A stretch of 64,000 nucleotides of DNA from contig OX597818.1 in assembly GCA_951406725.2 (NCBI GenBank), positions 35,526,001 to 35,590,000 on the forward strand, read 5' to 3'. Below, piece after piece: positions 45,779 through 58,644 of this stretch (position 1 is its first letter; each line of letters starts with the position of its first letter). The stretch is from Octopus vulgaris. Its lineage: Eukaryota. The position numbers and the translations under genes are program-made. The notes beneath the pieces were generated by a model. It ran no database searches, was not told the DNA's origin, and worked only from the letters and a program-made list of their open reading frames with translations.

Positions 45779-45988
45779 CTTTTCTACTCTAGGAACAAGG
45801 CCCGAAATTTTTGGGGAGAGTGACAATCGATTAGATCGACCCCAGTACGCGACTGGTACTTAGTTTATCGACCCCGAAAGGATGAAAGGCAAAGTCGACC
45901 TCGGCAGAGTTTGAACTAAGAACGTAAAGACAGACCAAATATCGCAAAGCATTTCGCCCGGCGAGCTAACGTTTCTGCCAGCTCGCAG
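45779..45988 (-). mobile_element. Family B SINE, near full length
   Basis: aggctgcgagctggcagaaacgttagctcgccgggcgaaatgc head on minus; core gtcgactttgcctttcatcctttcggggtcgataaa. Confidence 0.85.
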
Positions 45989-47224
45989 CCTGAAATTCAT
46001 TATACTTATACAAGAATAACACACATACACACACACACGCGCGTATATATAAATATATACATTATCCCTAATGATGAAGATTTTATCAATTATATTATTC
46101 CTATCCTTTTGTACCAATTGGAAAATACTCTTACAAAGTGCTACACGAGTTATCATTTCATTCAGGTAAGGAGACCGGTATCTTAGAAAACTTAATGGGA
46201 TTAGAAAGTCTATTCTTCCTTAGCCCATTGGTAAACATGAGGTACTAATACTAATATAAGAAAAGTTTTTAACAGAAAAGTCTTAATTTCAATGTCATCG
46301 TGTCTCTAATTTTACACATTTGAAGGGAAATTATGTCAAAAGTTTCATGAATTTCTTTTTTGTTCTTTCTTAGATAAGAATAATATAACAATTTAAAACA
46401 TCTAAGGGATACTTGTAAAAGAATTAATGAAGTTACCGATCCATTTGAAAGAGTTAAATTTTATATATGGATTATTTTAGCTCGTTACATGCCTGGCCAA
46501 GTTTCCCCAAGTGTAAAATTGACCGTACTTTTGTTAACATGAGAGTATTTAGAAGACCAGACTATATTTTAATCCTATACTTATCACTAAAATTTTTAAA
46601 ATACTTGTTAATTTCAAAAGAAAAAAAAAACGCAAAAAAATTCACGAATCTTGAAATAATTTTTCGTGAATGCCTTCAGATATTTACATTTAAATCCGGA
46701 TCTCATCAACTCAAGATATAACAGAATTTTTGAAGTAGACACTCTTTAATCATAAAAAAAAGATATATACTATATTAAATTAATAAAATTTGATACCGAA
46801 TATAAGAGATAGTTTTTGATTATTCCTGAGAGACAGAGAAAGAGAGAGAGAAAATTTAAAAAAAAGCTTTCTAATAAAGCTTTGCTGTGTTGCACAGAAT
46901 AGTCAATAAAAAGATGAACATATTGTTCCACAAAGGTAATTGAAACTTCTTCAACGATAGGGCTTGTAGAAAATACCGCAGGTACACTCAAACTGGGGTT
47001 TTTATATTGATATAAATATGGATGATACTGAACTAGGCCCAATAGCAAAAGAAACTGATGCAATACAATACCAAGAAGAGTTTGCACTCGCCCAACAACA
47101 AAAAAGAACACATAATGCCGTACACACCTTAGCAACACGGAGGTGTAGCAGCTGATTCAGTAGAAATTTGTCTGAAACTATCAAATGTTGAATAACAACA
47201 ACAATAATAATGATGATAAACCAA

Positions 47225-47860
47225 TAAAGTAAAAGACCAGGAAGTATCATGGAGGTGGCTCAAGAAGGGTGACCTAAAAAATAATACAGAAAGCCTAATC
47301 ATCACTGCCCAGGACCAGGCATTGTATACCAACTCAGTGAAAAAAATATATACCACACAAGTGCAACGAACCTCTGCAGAATGTGTGGGAAGTGGGTCGA
47401 AAGTATTACTCACATTGTTAGTGCTTGTGAAAGTCTTGCGCAGAAAGAGTACAAGGGTAGACACGATAAAGTAGCCCCAAAACTGCCACTGGCTAATATA
47501 CCATAAGTATGGATATGAGGTAACAAATGCTGAATACCAACATTCACCGGAAAAGATAATGGACGAAAAGAGGAAGGCAAGATGCGCTGGGACTTTGAAT
47601 ACTAGACAGACAAGGTGTTAGAGCACCGAAGGCCGGATACGGTAATATTTAGAAGGGGCAAACAAGAGTGCCTACCCCCGGTAGACACAATATCTGCAAT
47701 CAACAACCTCACGATATTGTATATTGTGCGGCGTCTAGGGGGGAGAAACAAGAGTGCCTTATAATCAACGTGGCAATGCCAGGAGATCAACACATCATCA
47801 TGAAAGAAAGAGAAAGTTTGATAAATATGGAGGCCTGAGGATTGAGATCGTTAAGAATGT
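47225..47860 (+). pseudogene. R4/Dong ORF fragment: CCHC knuckle and restriction-like endonuclease
   Basis: SWRWLKKGDLKNNTESLIITAQDQAL...CRMCGKWVESITHIVSAC...YKGRHDKVA...WDFEY*TDKVLEHRRPDTV...CLIINVAMPGD, with frameshifts and a 72-bp insertion. Confidence 0.88.
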
Positions 47861-48062
47861 GTCTGTGTTTATTCCTCCACCACCATTACTTGACAACCGA
47901 TGTTGGTGTGTTTGCGTCCCTGTAACTTAACTGTTCAGTAGAAGCGACTGGTAGTATAAGCACTAGGTTTACAGGGAATAAATCCAGGACTCAATTTCTT
48001 CGACTAAAGCGTAGTGCTCCAGCATGGCCACCGTCAAATGACTGAAACAAGTAACAGTATAA
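47860..48062 (+). mobile_element. Family A SINE 3' half
   Basis: cttgacaaccgatgttggtgtgttt...gtgctccagcatggcc...caaatgactgaaacaagtaa. Confidence 0.8.
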
Positions 48063-48290
48063 AATGATACGAGAAAAACGTTCCGTACCACTAAGCCAAG
48101 AAGGTCCTTTGAGTATGTATTCCAGCCGCCTCCAGAGGAATGGGGAAAAAAAATTATAAAACATCACCGACAAATATTCGAAACGTTTCAATAAGACGGC
48201 GTTACTTGAACGGACAGAGTTCATTTATTACTTATGGAAAGTTGTAAATACAGGAACATTGCTACACACACACACCCACACACACACAAA

Positions 48291-48336
<46 letters not shown>

Positions 48337-48382
48337 TATATATATATATATATAGCGAAAGACGGAGAGTGTGTTACATGCA

Positions 48383-48413
<31 letters not shown>

Positions 48414-49053
48414 GTATGTATGTTTGTATGTATGTATGTATGTATGTATGCATGTATGTATGTATAAATATATAGGGACACACATTTATATTACAATCTT
48501 ACTGTCTCACAGTTTCCATATTTCTCTATCCTTCTCCCTCTCCACAACCCCATCTCTTTATATTAACCTGTTCTTGTGTTCCTGTGTGTGAGCGTGTGTG
48601 AGGGTCTTTCTGTATGCATGTGTATATGTATATATACTGTAGGAGAAATAGATAGAAATAGGTAAAAATGGAATGCTCCAGGGTATTACTCAATTGGTTT
48701 GTCTCATCTAATGTGATTAACACGGAAACAGAATGAAAGTTAACAGAATTTTGCTGAACATACGCGAATAAGCATTAAACAGAATCGCATCAGATCATTA
48801 AACTCCCTCAAGATTTTTTCTATCTTCCTCAAGATTGCTTTACACTCAGGCGCAGGAACATAAGCGTACACGTAGACAGATACATAGACACTTAAAGACA
48901 CACACAACTCACACATATACCTATACACATATATGACCACACTCATATATATATATATATATACACATATGTACGTATATATGTATGCACGTATTTCTTT
49001 CTTTCACTCTCTGTCCCTCTCTTTATATATGTATGTATGAACGAATGTATGTA

Positions 49054-49094
<41 letters not shown>

Positions 49095-49095
49095 G

Positions 49096-49133
<38 letters not shown>

Positions 49134-49226
49134 GGAATACAAATATATATATATACACACATATACGTATTTACATGCACATATATATGCATGTATGTAT
49201 GCCTGTATTATATACACAGAAACAAT

Positions 49227-49520
<294 letters not shown>

Positions 49521-50067
49521 AGGGAATGAAAGACCGCTTTTCAAGTAGTTAGATCACCATTGAATCCGACCAAGAAATGACCTTGAGTGACGAACAATAG
49601 CTTGCAATTTACTTTCAAACTAATGGAGATATTTACTAATAAACATAGCCCTGCCATGCATCATCTTCAATAGCCATTCAGTCACACATGCTCTTACTCT
49701 CATGACATCACACTTTTACATACACAAAATATCAACCCAGATTATACACATTGCCGACGATATGATCGGAGAAGGCAGGACTTGTATTATATTAGAGTCA
49801 ATAATCCGTTACCTATATATTTATATAGATTGAAGTTAAACAACGTTACCAAGTAATCGCCTGCCGTAGTCATGGCGCAAACTTTAATGAAATTCCACAC
49901 ACATATACGTATATACAGACACGGGCACACGTTGGCGCGCAGATATATGTACATATATATATATGTGTGTGTGTGTATTATGTCTGTTTATCATTCTATC
50001 GCTGTTTCTACCAGTCAATCAGTCTCTCTCTTTCTCCCTCCCTCTCTCTTTCCCTCTTTCTCTCCCG

Positions 50068-50154
<87 letters not shown>

Positions 50155-50213
50155 GTTTATAAATCTGACTATCTGTCTGTATGTCTATGTCGGTCTGTTT
50201 GTCTGTCTGTCTG

Positions 50214-50253
<40 letters not shown>

Positions 50254-50340
50254 AATATATATATATGCATATGCATGTATATCAGTATATGTGTATCTTT
50301 GTGTTTGTGCGTGTGTGCATGTGTGTCTGTGTGTGTCTGT

Positions 50341-50385
<45 letters not shown>

Positions 50386-50578
50386 TCATTCTAAACTATA
50401 TATTTCGTTTACACACCTCCGTGCAGCTAATTTTCAATATGTGATACAGGTATACCTGTGGATCGATGAAAAATTCTGTCTCTCTCTTTCTTTCTCTCTC
50501 TCCCACCACGGTTTCTTTCTCTCTCTCTCTCTCTCTTTACATATTCATCTCTTACTTTCACTCTCTCTCTCTCCCTCT

Positions 50579-50609
<31 letters not shown>

Positions 50610-50914
50610 GTGTGTGTACGTGCACACATGCACACACGCACAAAAGCACATACGCACGCTCAAACATCCCATTATATATAATCAAACATAGTCAATACTG
50701 CTATATAAAAGAGAAATACACTTCGGTAAAATAGTATTTTATTTCAGCCATTTTCACTATCGGTTGCAAATGTTTACACATATCCATTTTGCTAGATCGA
50801 CATATGTTTACTCAGCAGTATAGCAGCAAACACATTTCTATACAAATGCATATATATATATATATGAGTGTGTGTGCGTGCGTGTGTGTGTGTGTGTGTG
50901 TGAGTGTGTGTGTG

Positions 50915-51072
50915 TTTTACTTTTTCAGGTATTGTACTGTGGTCATGCTATGGCACCACCTTGAAGGGTTTAACCTAAAAAAAATCGACTCCAGTACTTA
51001 GGTTCTTTCAAAAGCCAGGTACCTATTCTATCAGTCTCACTTGCCGAGCTGCTAGATTACCGGGATGTAACT
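50915..51072 (-). mobile_element. Diverged family A SINE tail
   Basis: actgtggtcatgctatggcaccacc...aatcgactccagtact...tattctatcagtctc. Confidence 0.6.
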
Positions 51073-51074
51073 CG

Positions 51075-51188
<114 letters not shown>

Positions 51189-51333
51189 CATATACATATA
51201 TATATATATATATACATGCATACATATATACATATATATATATATATGTATATATGTGTGTGTGTGTTTTAATTAAATGAGACAACAAAACCAAGGCTGT
51301 AGAATTTATAGGACATTTATAAAGAGAAAGGTA

Positions 51334-51372
51334 GTGTTACAGCTGTTTCGGGGATACCCCTTCATCAGAGAC
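51334..51372 (-). ncRNA. Minimal type I hammerhead motif (same family as the 56.0-56.2 kb palindrome)
   Basis: Minus GTCT CTGATGA a GGGG tat CCCC GAAA CAGCTG TA ACAC: intact core, palindromic helix III ACAGCTGT, one mismatch in helix I. Confidence 0.8.
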
Positions 51373-51551
51373 GATATGATAGAGTTAACTAGAGGAAAAT
51401 AGTAGAGTTCAATAGTTATCTTGGAGCTGCAACTGTAACATCCTATATATATTTTACTTTTATTTTTATTTTTTCTCTTATTTCTCTTTATACTTCCTAT
51501 ATCTATCCTTTTCCAAAATAACTCATTTTATTTAACATATACATGCTCACA

Positions 51552-51667
51552 CAAGACCAGCATTAGACTCCTCACTCGTATTATTATCGAACCGGGAGTC
51601 TAACTACGGTCCTTCCGTAGCACTTACATACCCTTACCTGCCATCTTGGGTCTTCTGGATACCAATA
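51552..51667. repeat. ~115 bp repeat, second copy at 56575-56691
   Basis: caagacc..cattagactcctcactcgtat.attatcgaacc...gagt.taac.acggt...ttacctg...ttgggt.ttct.gataccaat in both places. Confidence 0.75.
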
Positions 51668-51725
51668 CCTCTCGTTAGCACGCGGGCGAAATGCGTAGCC
51701 GTATACATACTTATATATATTGGGG

Positions 51726-51798
<73 letters not shown>

Positions 51799-52929
51799 GT
51801 ATGTATGTATTCTTCAGTAGTTATAGTTAACCCGTTCTAAGCTCGTGTTGATATTTACAGATCGTTTTAACGAGCTGAATGCTACCTACATAAAGTCTCT
51901 TCTTCTCATTACTTTACATATTGTCTGTGTCTTGGAAAGTAATTTAATAGAAACGACTACGTCGAAATAACAACTCTGTCTTCTTGATTCTCGACTGTTC
52001 ATGTAGAAACTTGATTTCTTTACTTCTTAATTAAGACCTCAGTTGTCTTTACTGAATATGTGTTCAACATGGTTCACTAACTCACGCTATTGTCCAATTG
52101 AGACATTTATATACATTTAATGTGAGGCTACATAAAAAGCCAGCCTCTATACATCAATTTAATTAGGGTCACGAATTTCAAAACAAATAACACGAATAAA
52201 ATCTAGATGACCAAAACAACTATCAGAAAGAATTAAACGCTATAATACACTAAAAATTGATTGATTATCGATTAAGGCAACTGTTTTAAGTTTTATTTTC
52301 TTATATTTTTCTAATGTTAAATAGATTCGTCTATTCTTTTAATTTCAGCAAAGTTCAAAACTAAACTGCTAAGAATGTTTAAATTTGTTTGATATGCTGA
52401 AACGGTTTTCAGCAAGATATAAGCTTACATCGAAGCTGGCTATGGTCACGATGAGGTTTCAAATTCAGGTCAAAATAAGGCTTATACGTACACACACACG
52501 CACACTAATGTACTATTATCGTATCTCAACTATATCCATGACAATCGTCACGATAACAATCTTTTCTACTAACTCTACATCTAGCATCACAATCAGCATA
52601 AAAAAAAAATTAGTAAGCATCTCTGCAATCAATGATGATGTCGCCACCAATCAACGCAAATCTCTTAAGGAATCTATTGATAGACACACAAGCTTGTATA
52701 TATGAACTACAAATACTTTGTTTTGTCATATATGCTTGACAAGTTCTCTAAGGACGTTTGGATATCTTTGCTATCTGTTCCATCAGTCACGTAGGAAGCG
52801 TTAGGTTTGCTACAGTATTGAGAACAAATGACAGTCTAATGTTACAGACGCAACATGTGAAATTCTGTAATTTTTTTTGTGTAAATTCATTGTTTTATAT
52901 TTTGGAAATATGTGTTTGTTGGTAGCAGT

Positions 52930-53540
52930 GGTGGTGGTCTTGTTCTTTAATCTCTTGTCAGGCCGTATAAAACAAACATATGATAATCAATGACATTCTG
53001 ACCTTAACCGTCCTGCATTTTCTCTCAAAGTATCGTGTACTTTGTCCACAATATCCAATCTTTGTGGATCTTAAATTATATTTTGAGGCCTCCGTTAGAA
53101 TTGCAGACCTTTTGGCATACACTGCGATGAAAGGTGTGCACATATATATAGGCAAAATAGCTGGTGGAAGTTCGTTTTTGATGGGTCCTCAAATAAGATT
53201 TCAGTCTAGCAAATGAAAGGCATGGTCTGTCACAAACTGTGCACACAAAATGTCGCTCGGATTCACTTTCTCGATCGCAACATTCTCTTTAAAATCTGTC
53301 TTGAGTCTTGTATGTGCTATCCTGCATCCTGAAACGCCTTCACTTCACTTCACACTTTTGTTTGCCATCCAGCTCGACCAGAAACAACGGTTTCAATAGC
53401 CTTTGAATCCATTGCAAGTGACTTTATGGTAGTCATTAAGCCGTCCATTAACCTCCTTTTAGGTTTACACCGATTGCGTTTCCCCTCTGCAAGCTCGCCA
53501 TAAAGCGGGTTTGCAATCTCTTGCATCTGAATTTGACACA
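52930..53540 (-). mobile_element. RTE-clade LINE 3' fragment with two C2H2 zinc-finger relics
   Basis: Minus LYGELAEGKRNRCKPKRRLMDGL..., CTVCDRPCLSFARLKSYLRTH and CSVCQKVCNSNGGLKI*FKIH. Confidence 0.78.
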
Positions 53541-53602
53541 GCTTGTGATGACTTCGGCTTGATGTAATGTTTTAATCTGCGCGTAGTACTGTTTGCAACA
53601 TC

Positions 53603-53738
53603 ATTAAAATCTTCGTTAAGGCCAAGTTACTTCAGGTTATCGACTCTTTCATTTTCTTAGGAAGGTCTGTACTAGATGATGAAAATCTGGACACAGAAAT
53701 ACATCAGCGAATTCAAAGGGTAGCAAATATTCTAAAAC
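53603..53738 (+). mobile_element. RTE RT-thumb fragment in opposite orientation
   Basis: IKIFVKAKLLQVIDSFIFLGRSVLDDENLDTEIHQRIQRVANI matches the V..F.YLGS......D.EI..RI..A motif. Confidence 0.7.
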
Positions 53739-53786
53739 CTTTCACAGCCTTGGATTTTTATCTCATTCTGAAAATTATATATATAT

Positions 53787-54200
53787 AAGCAATAATAAAT
53801 TTCTGAGCGAGGTATAAACAGTAGCTGCACGACACCGTGAAGTATATTTGCTACCTACATGTGGCTAACCCTTAAGGGTTGATGCTACTGTAGCTTGTAG
53901 CCCCAGGAAGACATCACCTTCACATGGCTATTGACACACTTTCTGTGCCCTATCACTATTTGCAAAGAGAAATCATCTTTCCCATCTGCAGCCTGACGTG
54001 ATACATGCGGACCCGAGTTTCTGAGTATTGACACATCATTAGCGTGTAATGGGAAGTGGTTCTCAATGCAAATATTTATATATACTTTTTCCAGTGACGA
54101 AAAGTCACTGATCTCGAAAAAGTGGAAACAAGCAATAATAAATCTCTGAGCGAGGTATAAACAGTAGCTGCACGACTTCGTGAAGTATATTTGCCACCTA
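53787..54200 (-). mobile_element. Partial tandem of a PLE-pLTR-like repeat with a degenerate hammerhead at 54007-54045
   Basis: aagcaataataaat.tctgagcgaggtataaacagtagctgcacgac occurs at ~53787 and ~54130; body homologous to the 43.9 kb palindrome; minus ACG CTAATGA TGTGT caat ACTCA GAAA CTCGGG TC CGC. Confidence 0.72.
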
Positions 54201-54920
54201 ATGAGTTGAATGTATTATGCGTCTATGTATGTTTGCATGAGTAGATTTCAGGCATATCTTTTTAGATACTTTTTATTATTAATCTTGAGATGTTGCGCGT
54301 AGAATAAGACAAGCAAGAATATATTATAATAAACGTTTGAAACATTCCATATAATACTTCAACCTGTCCGTTTTCTATCCACTCAACATAATCGAATTCT
54401 CACATGCGCGCGTGTGTATGTGTATTTACACAAACACACACACGCATGAGCATGTGCGTATAGATGGACAGAGAAGGAGAGATATAAATATACATATACT
54501 CACACACATGTATGACATAGATACACACACATATGTCCGTGGGTGTATTAATAAATGAATGGCAATATAACAGTAGTTACATAATCCAATTCATTAGCAT
54601 ACAGATCTTTCTGCTATCAGTAAATATGCACCTCGAGGTAAGTGACGGTATGACATCTAATGGCTTTATCAGAGCGTTAACAAGAAGTTAGGATTCTGTC
54701 ACTCACCTCTCTGTGTCTATGATTCATTGTAGCGGAAACACTTGTAAGTGAACAAATGTGATTACGTAACTTCTGTTTTCGTTCTTCATTTGCTAATTAA
54801 TATTACGTTCTGTAGCTGAAATGTCTGTGAAATCACGCTGTTTCGCGACTGGAGTTTAAAAATACAGAACATCATAAGCAGAGTTTTAATAACTGGTTTT
54901 TGATAATGCTAAGGCCATGC

Positions 54921-54997
<77 letters not shown>

Positions 54998-55055
54998 AAC
55001 ACACACGTACACACACACATTTATCTATCTATCTATCTATCTATCTATACATGCA

Positions 55056-55091
<36 letters not shown>

Positions 55092-55092
55092 G

Positions 55093-55169
55093 AGGAGGGA
55101 CTCTTAAAGTAAAAACTACCATAATAAACACATTGTATTAAGGTAGTTTTGACTTTAAGAGTCCCTCCT
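55093..55169. repeat. 77 bp hairpin palindrome beside (TA)n
   Basis: aggagggactcttaaagtaaaaactacc ... ggtagttttgactttaagagtccctcct. Confidence 0.88.
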
Positions 55170-55204
55170 AGCGTGAGGAATACATGTATAGTAATGCCCT
55201 TAAT

Positions 55205-55446
55205 TGTGGGGTCCCGTGGCTTAATGGTTAAGGTGTTAGCATCATAATCGTAAGATTGTGGTTTCGATTCCTGTTCTTGAAGAAAACACTTTATTTTACG
55301 TTGCTCCAGTCCACTCAGCTGGTAAAAATGAGTAACGCTGCGATGGACTGGCATCCCGTCCAGCAGGGGAACACATACGCCATAGAAAGCGGGAAACCGG
55401 GCCCATGAGCCTGGCTAGGCTTTAAAAGGGCACATTTATTTTTTTC
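55205..55446 (+). mobile_element. tRNA-derived SINE with 11-bp TSD
   Basis: gtggcttaatggttaagg...ggtttcgattcc head; ctgcgatggactggcatcccgtccag body; TSD atgcccttaat at 55194-55204 and 55447-55457. Confidence 0.85.
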
Positions 55447-56018
55447 ATGCCCTTAATATAAATAAATATATTTAAAGGGAAAAATTATTTTTTTTCCTTA
55501 TGAGGTTTTTCACGCTAACTACTTGATAAATTCTTTTAAAGATTTTATCCTATTTTAAATGGTATATATATATATATATATATATAGTTGAAAATATCGT
55601 TACAGGTATAAATATACCATAAATAATCATATAAAAATGGAGAAAAAGATGTTGCATCAAAATTAGATCTCATACAAATTTGGATTCATTACATACGCGC
55701 GTTTCAAAGGACAATGCAAAATACGTAAGAAAATAGTTATAATCATAGTAATTATAAATATTCTTATTACTTGCTCTGAGTGTTTTTTATGAATATGATG
55801 AATCATTATTAGAAATCATTCTTTCTCTGTTTTTTGGACCTCTCAAAAATATATATATTTGCTCAAAATAAGGAGTAGTAGGACAGTCGACAACTGATGA
55901 AGTTCCGTATTTTATGTTACTTTTCTTGTTTTCCATTTGTTTCTCTCGTTCTTACCACGCAGCCATGCGTGTCTCTACATATATGAATAACTGTGTGTGT
56001 GTGTGTGTGTGTGTGTTT

Positions 56019-56236
56019 GACAGAATGAGATAACTAATCCAAGGCTGTGAGGAGTTTTGAGGACATTTATAATGAAATAGTCTCACAGTTACTTCTAGGA
56101 TATTATGGATATCCCTTCATCAGAGACGCTGTGAGAAAAGGGATATCTATAATATCCCAGAAACAGCTGTATGACTATTTCATTATAAATTACCTGAAAA
56201 CTCCTCACAGCCTTGGATTTGTTATCTCATTCTGTC
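56019..56236. repeat. 218 bp fold-back with hammerhead relics on both arms (56080-56127 minus; 56140-56175 plus)
   Basis: Left arm minus GTCT CTGATGA aGGGATAT ccata ATATCCTa GAAG TAACTG TG AGAC; right arm GGGATAT ctata ATATCCCa GAAA CAGCTG TA TGAC. Confidence 0.85.
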
Positions 56237-56246
56237 TAATATATAT

Positions 56247-56544
56247 CACGTGACCGACCAGACCATCAGATGTTGTTACACATCGCTGGTCACAATGCGT
56301 TCGCATTGTTTTAGCCTTCGAATGACGCCATCCTGCTGGCTAAGCGAGCAGGCCAACAGAAGAAAGAGTGGGAGAAAGAGTGGTGAAAGAGTACAGCAGG
56401 GATCACCACCCCCTGCCGGAGTCTCGTGGAGCTTTTTAGGTGTTTTCGCTCAATAAACACTCACAACGCCCGGTCTGGGAATCGAAACCGCGATCCTGCG
56501 ACCGCGAGTCCGCTGCCCTAACCACTAGGCCATTGCGCCTCCAC
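56247..56544 (-). mobile_element. Family C SINE, tail type 2, 11-bp TSD
   Basis: Colinear with 44429-44750; TSD ctaatatatat. Confidence 0.9.
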
Positions 56545-56845
56545 CTAATATATATATATATATGCATGCTAATACAAGACCCACATTAGACTCCTCACTC
56601 GTATCATTATCGAACCAAGAGTTTAACCACGGTTTATTCATAGAACTTACTTAGCGTTACCTGACACTCTTTGGGTTTTCTAGATACCAATGCCTTTCCT
56701 ATACACCCCCACCATATATATATAATCAAAATAAGCAGATTAGAATCAAAATGATCACCTTATTTTGAAATTGTATGGATAATACCGTACTAAATTCTGG
56801 TTCCTCAACTTAAGCACCATATTCATCTGAATCTAATTTTTTCCA

Positions 56846-56901
<56 letters not shown>

Positions 56902-57289
56902 GTATATATATACATATAATTTGAATGGAGGCAATACGAACGGAAAACTAGAGGAACCTGACCTATTATCCAATAGAATATTCAGTATATATGTGTACTT
57001 TCTTCGACATTAATAAATAAATATAAAGTTCGAAATAATATTAGTATTAAAACAATACAAGCATATAAACATATAAATATTTAATATTTAAAAACACGCA
57101 ACTATTTAAAAATACGTAGGCATTTAAAAAATATATAAACACATAAATAGATACATAAATAAATATAAATGTTACCACTTAAAATCTAGCTTGTTTCTGA
57201 GTATTGTTAATGTTAAAAATCTTTATATAAAATAGTATAATTTAAATATATATATATATATGTATGTATATATATATATATATATATAT

Positions 57290-57711
57290 AAAAAACAATT
57301 CAAAAATAGAAAATTCTAAAATAATTTTATAGTGAACATTTCAGTACCGGTTTCGGCCATTTTGAGACCTTTTCAACTGTAACGATTAAATAATTAAATT
57401 TAGAAAAATTACAAGAAAAGTTTTTTTAAAAGAATATTTCTATAGTAGTGTTCAGATTTAAGTGGCATTCTGCCTTTCTGCCACAACGACCTCCGACACA
57501 CAAGTGCAAACAAGGGAGTCAGAGAAAGGCAGAATGCCACTTAAATCTGAACACTACTATAGAAATATTCTTTTAAAAAAACTTTTCTTCTAATTTTTCT
57601 AAATTTAATTATTTAATCGTTACAGTTGAAAAGGTCTCAAAATGACCGAACCGGTACTGAAATGTTCACTATAAAATTATTTTAGCATTTTCTATTTTTG
57701 ACTTGTTTTTT
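57290..57711. repeat. ~420 bp fold-back (190 bp arms, 43 nt spacer) between (TA)n tracts
   Basis: Arms ending ...gtggcattctgcctttct and starting agaaaggcagaatgccac... are near-exact reverse complements. Confidence 0.93.
57342..57379 (-). ncRNA. Minimal hammerhead motif with U3-A8 core variant
   Basis: Minus CAG TTGAAAA GGTC tcaaaat GGCC GAAA CCGG TA CTG; mirror at 57623-57659 (+) has GGTC/GACC but GAA (one A lost). Confidence 0.75.
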
Positions 57712-57746
57712 CATATATATCAACTCGTGTGTTCCTTTTCACCCTT

Positions 57747-57814
<68 letters not shown>

Positions 57815-57903
57815 GTAAATATCTCCCTGGTTTTTATGTGCTAGGCCACTTGGTGTTAAACTGATGGTATTATTAAATTAATATCTAATTTTTCACCCTC
57901 ATT

Positions 57904-57934
<31 letters not shown>

Positions 57935-58599
57935 TGTAATGAAAATTCAGGTTCAGAATAAATATAATCTTAACTAGATAAACTAATTATCGCGTGAGGT
58001 GGTATGTGTGTGGGTATCATTGTTTAATTAACACACCAAGTCTTCAAGTCTTGATAAGTGATAAAGAAAGACAAAAAAAAAAGATAACTGTTTATTTTTC
58101 TTGAACTTTACTCATTGTAATATAAAAGAAGAAAGTGAACTTGTAAACAGATCTTTCCAAGTATCGAGAGATAAATTCGCTTAAAAAGGTACTTGACACT
58201 GTATAGAGAACAGCCCAGTCTCAATCGAGATGGTGAAAGTTCAGTATCTAAGTATAAAACGACTTTGTATAGATATGGCCACGTACAGCCGTAGACAGAC
58301 AAACGCAAACAGGCACACACATACATACACACACACACACAATCGACCGCACACACACACATGAATATTTACATGCTACGTATTCATAGCATGAATGCGC
58401 ATGTTTACGTTTTTATCTTTGCATGTTTTTAATTTACTGAAGATTTAAATTTAACATCGATTTTACGAGTTTCGAATCGTAGCTGCCATGTAATATATTA
58501 AGACTAAGGATTGACGCTAAGATTAAACGTATATATACGAGTTTTTTTACTCGCACACAAATGTACTAAGATGAACTGCTCGGTTAAGATTGAACCGAT

Positions 58600-58644
<45 letters not shown>

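Noticed and set aside
55688-55895. Isolated half-motifs GAAACGCGCGTA (minus) and gacaaCTGATGAAG (plus)
   Set aside because: They are on opposite strands and neither has a matching other half; possibly PLE debris but not callable.
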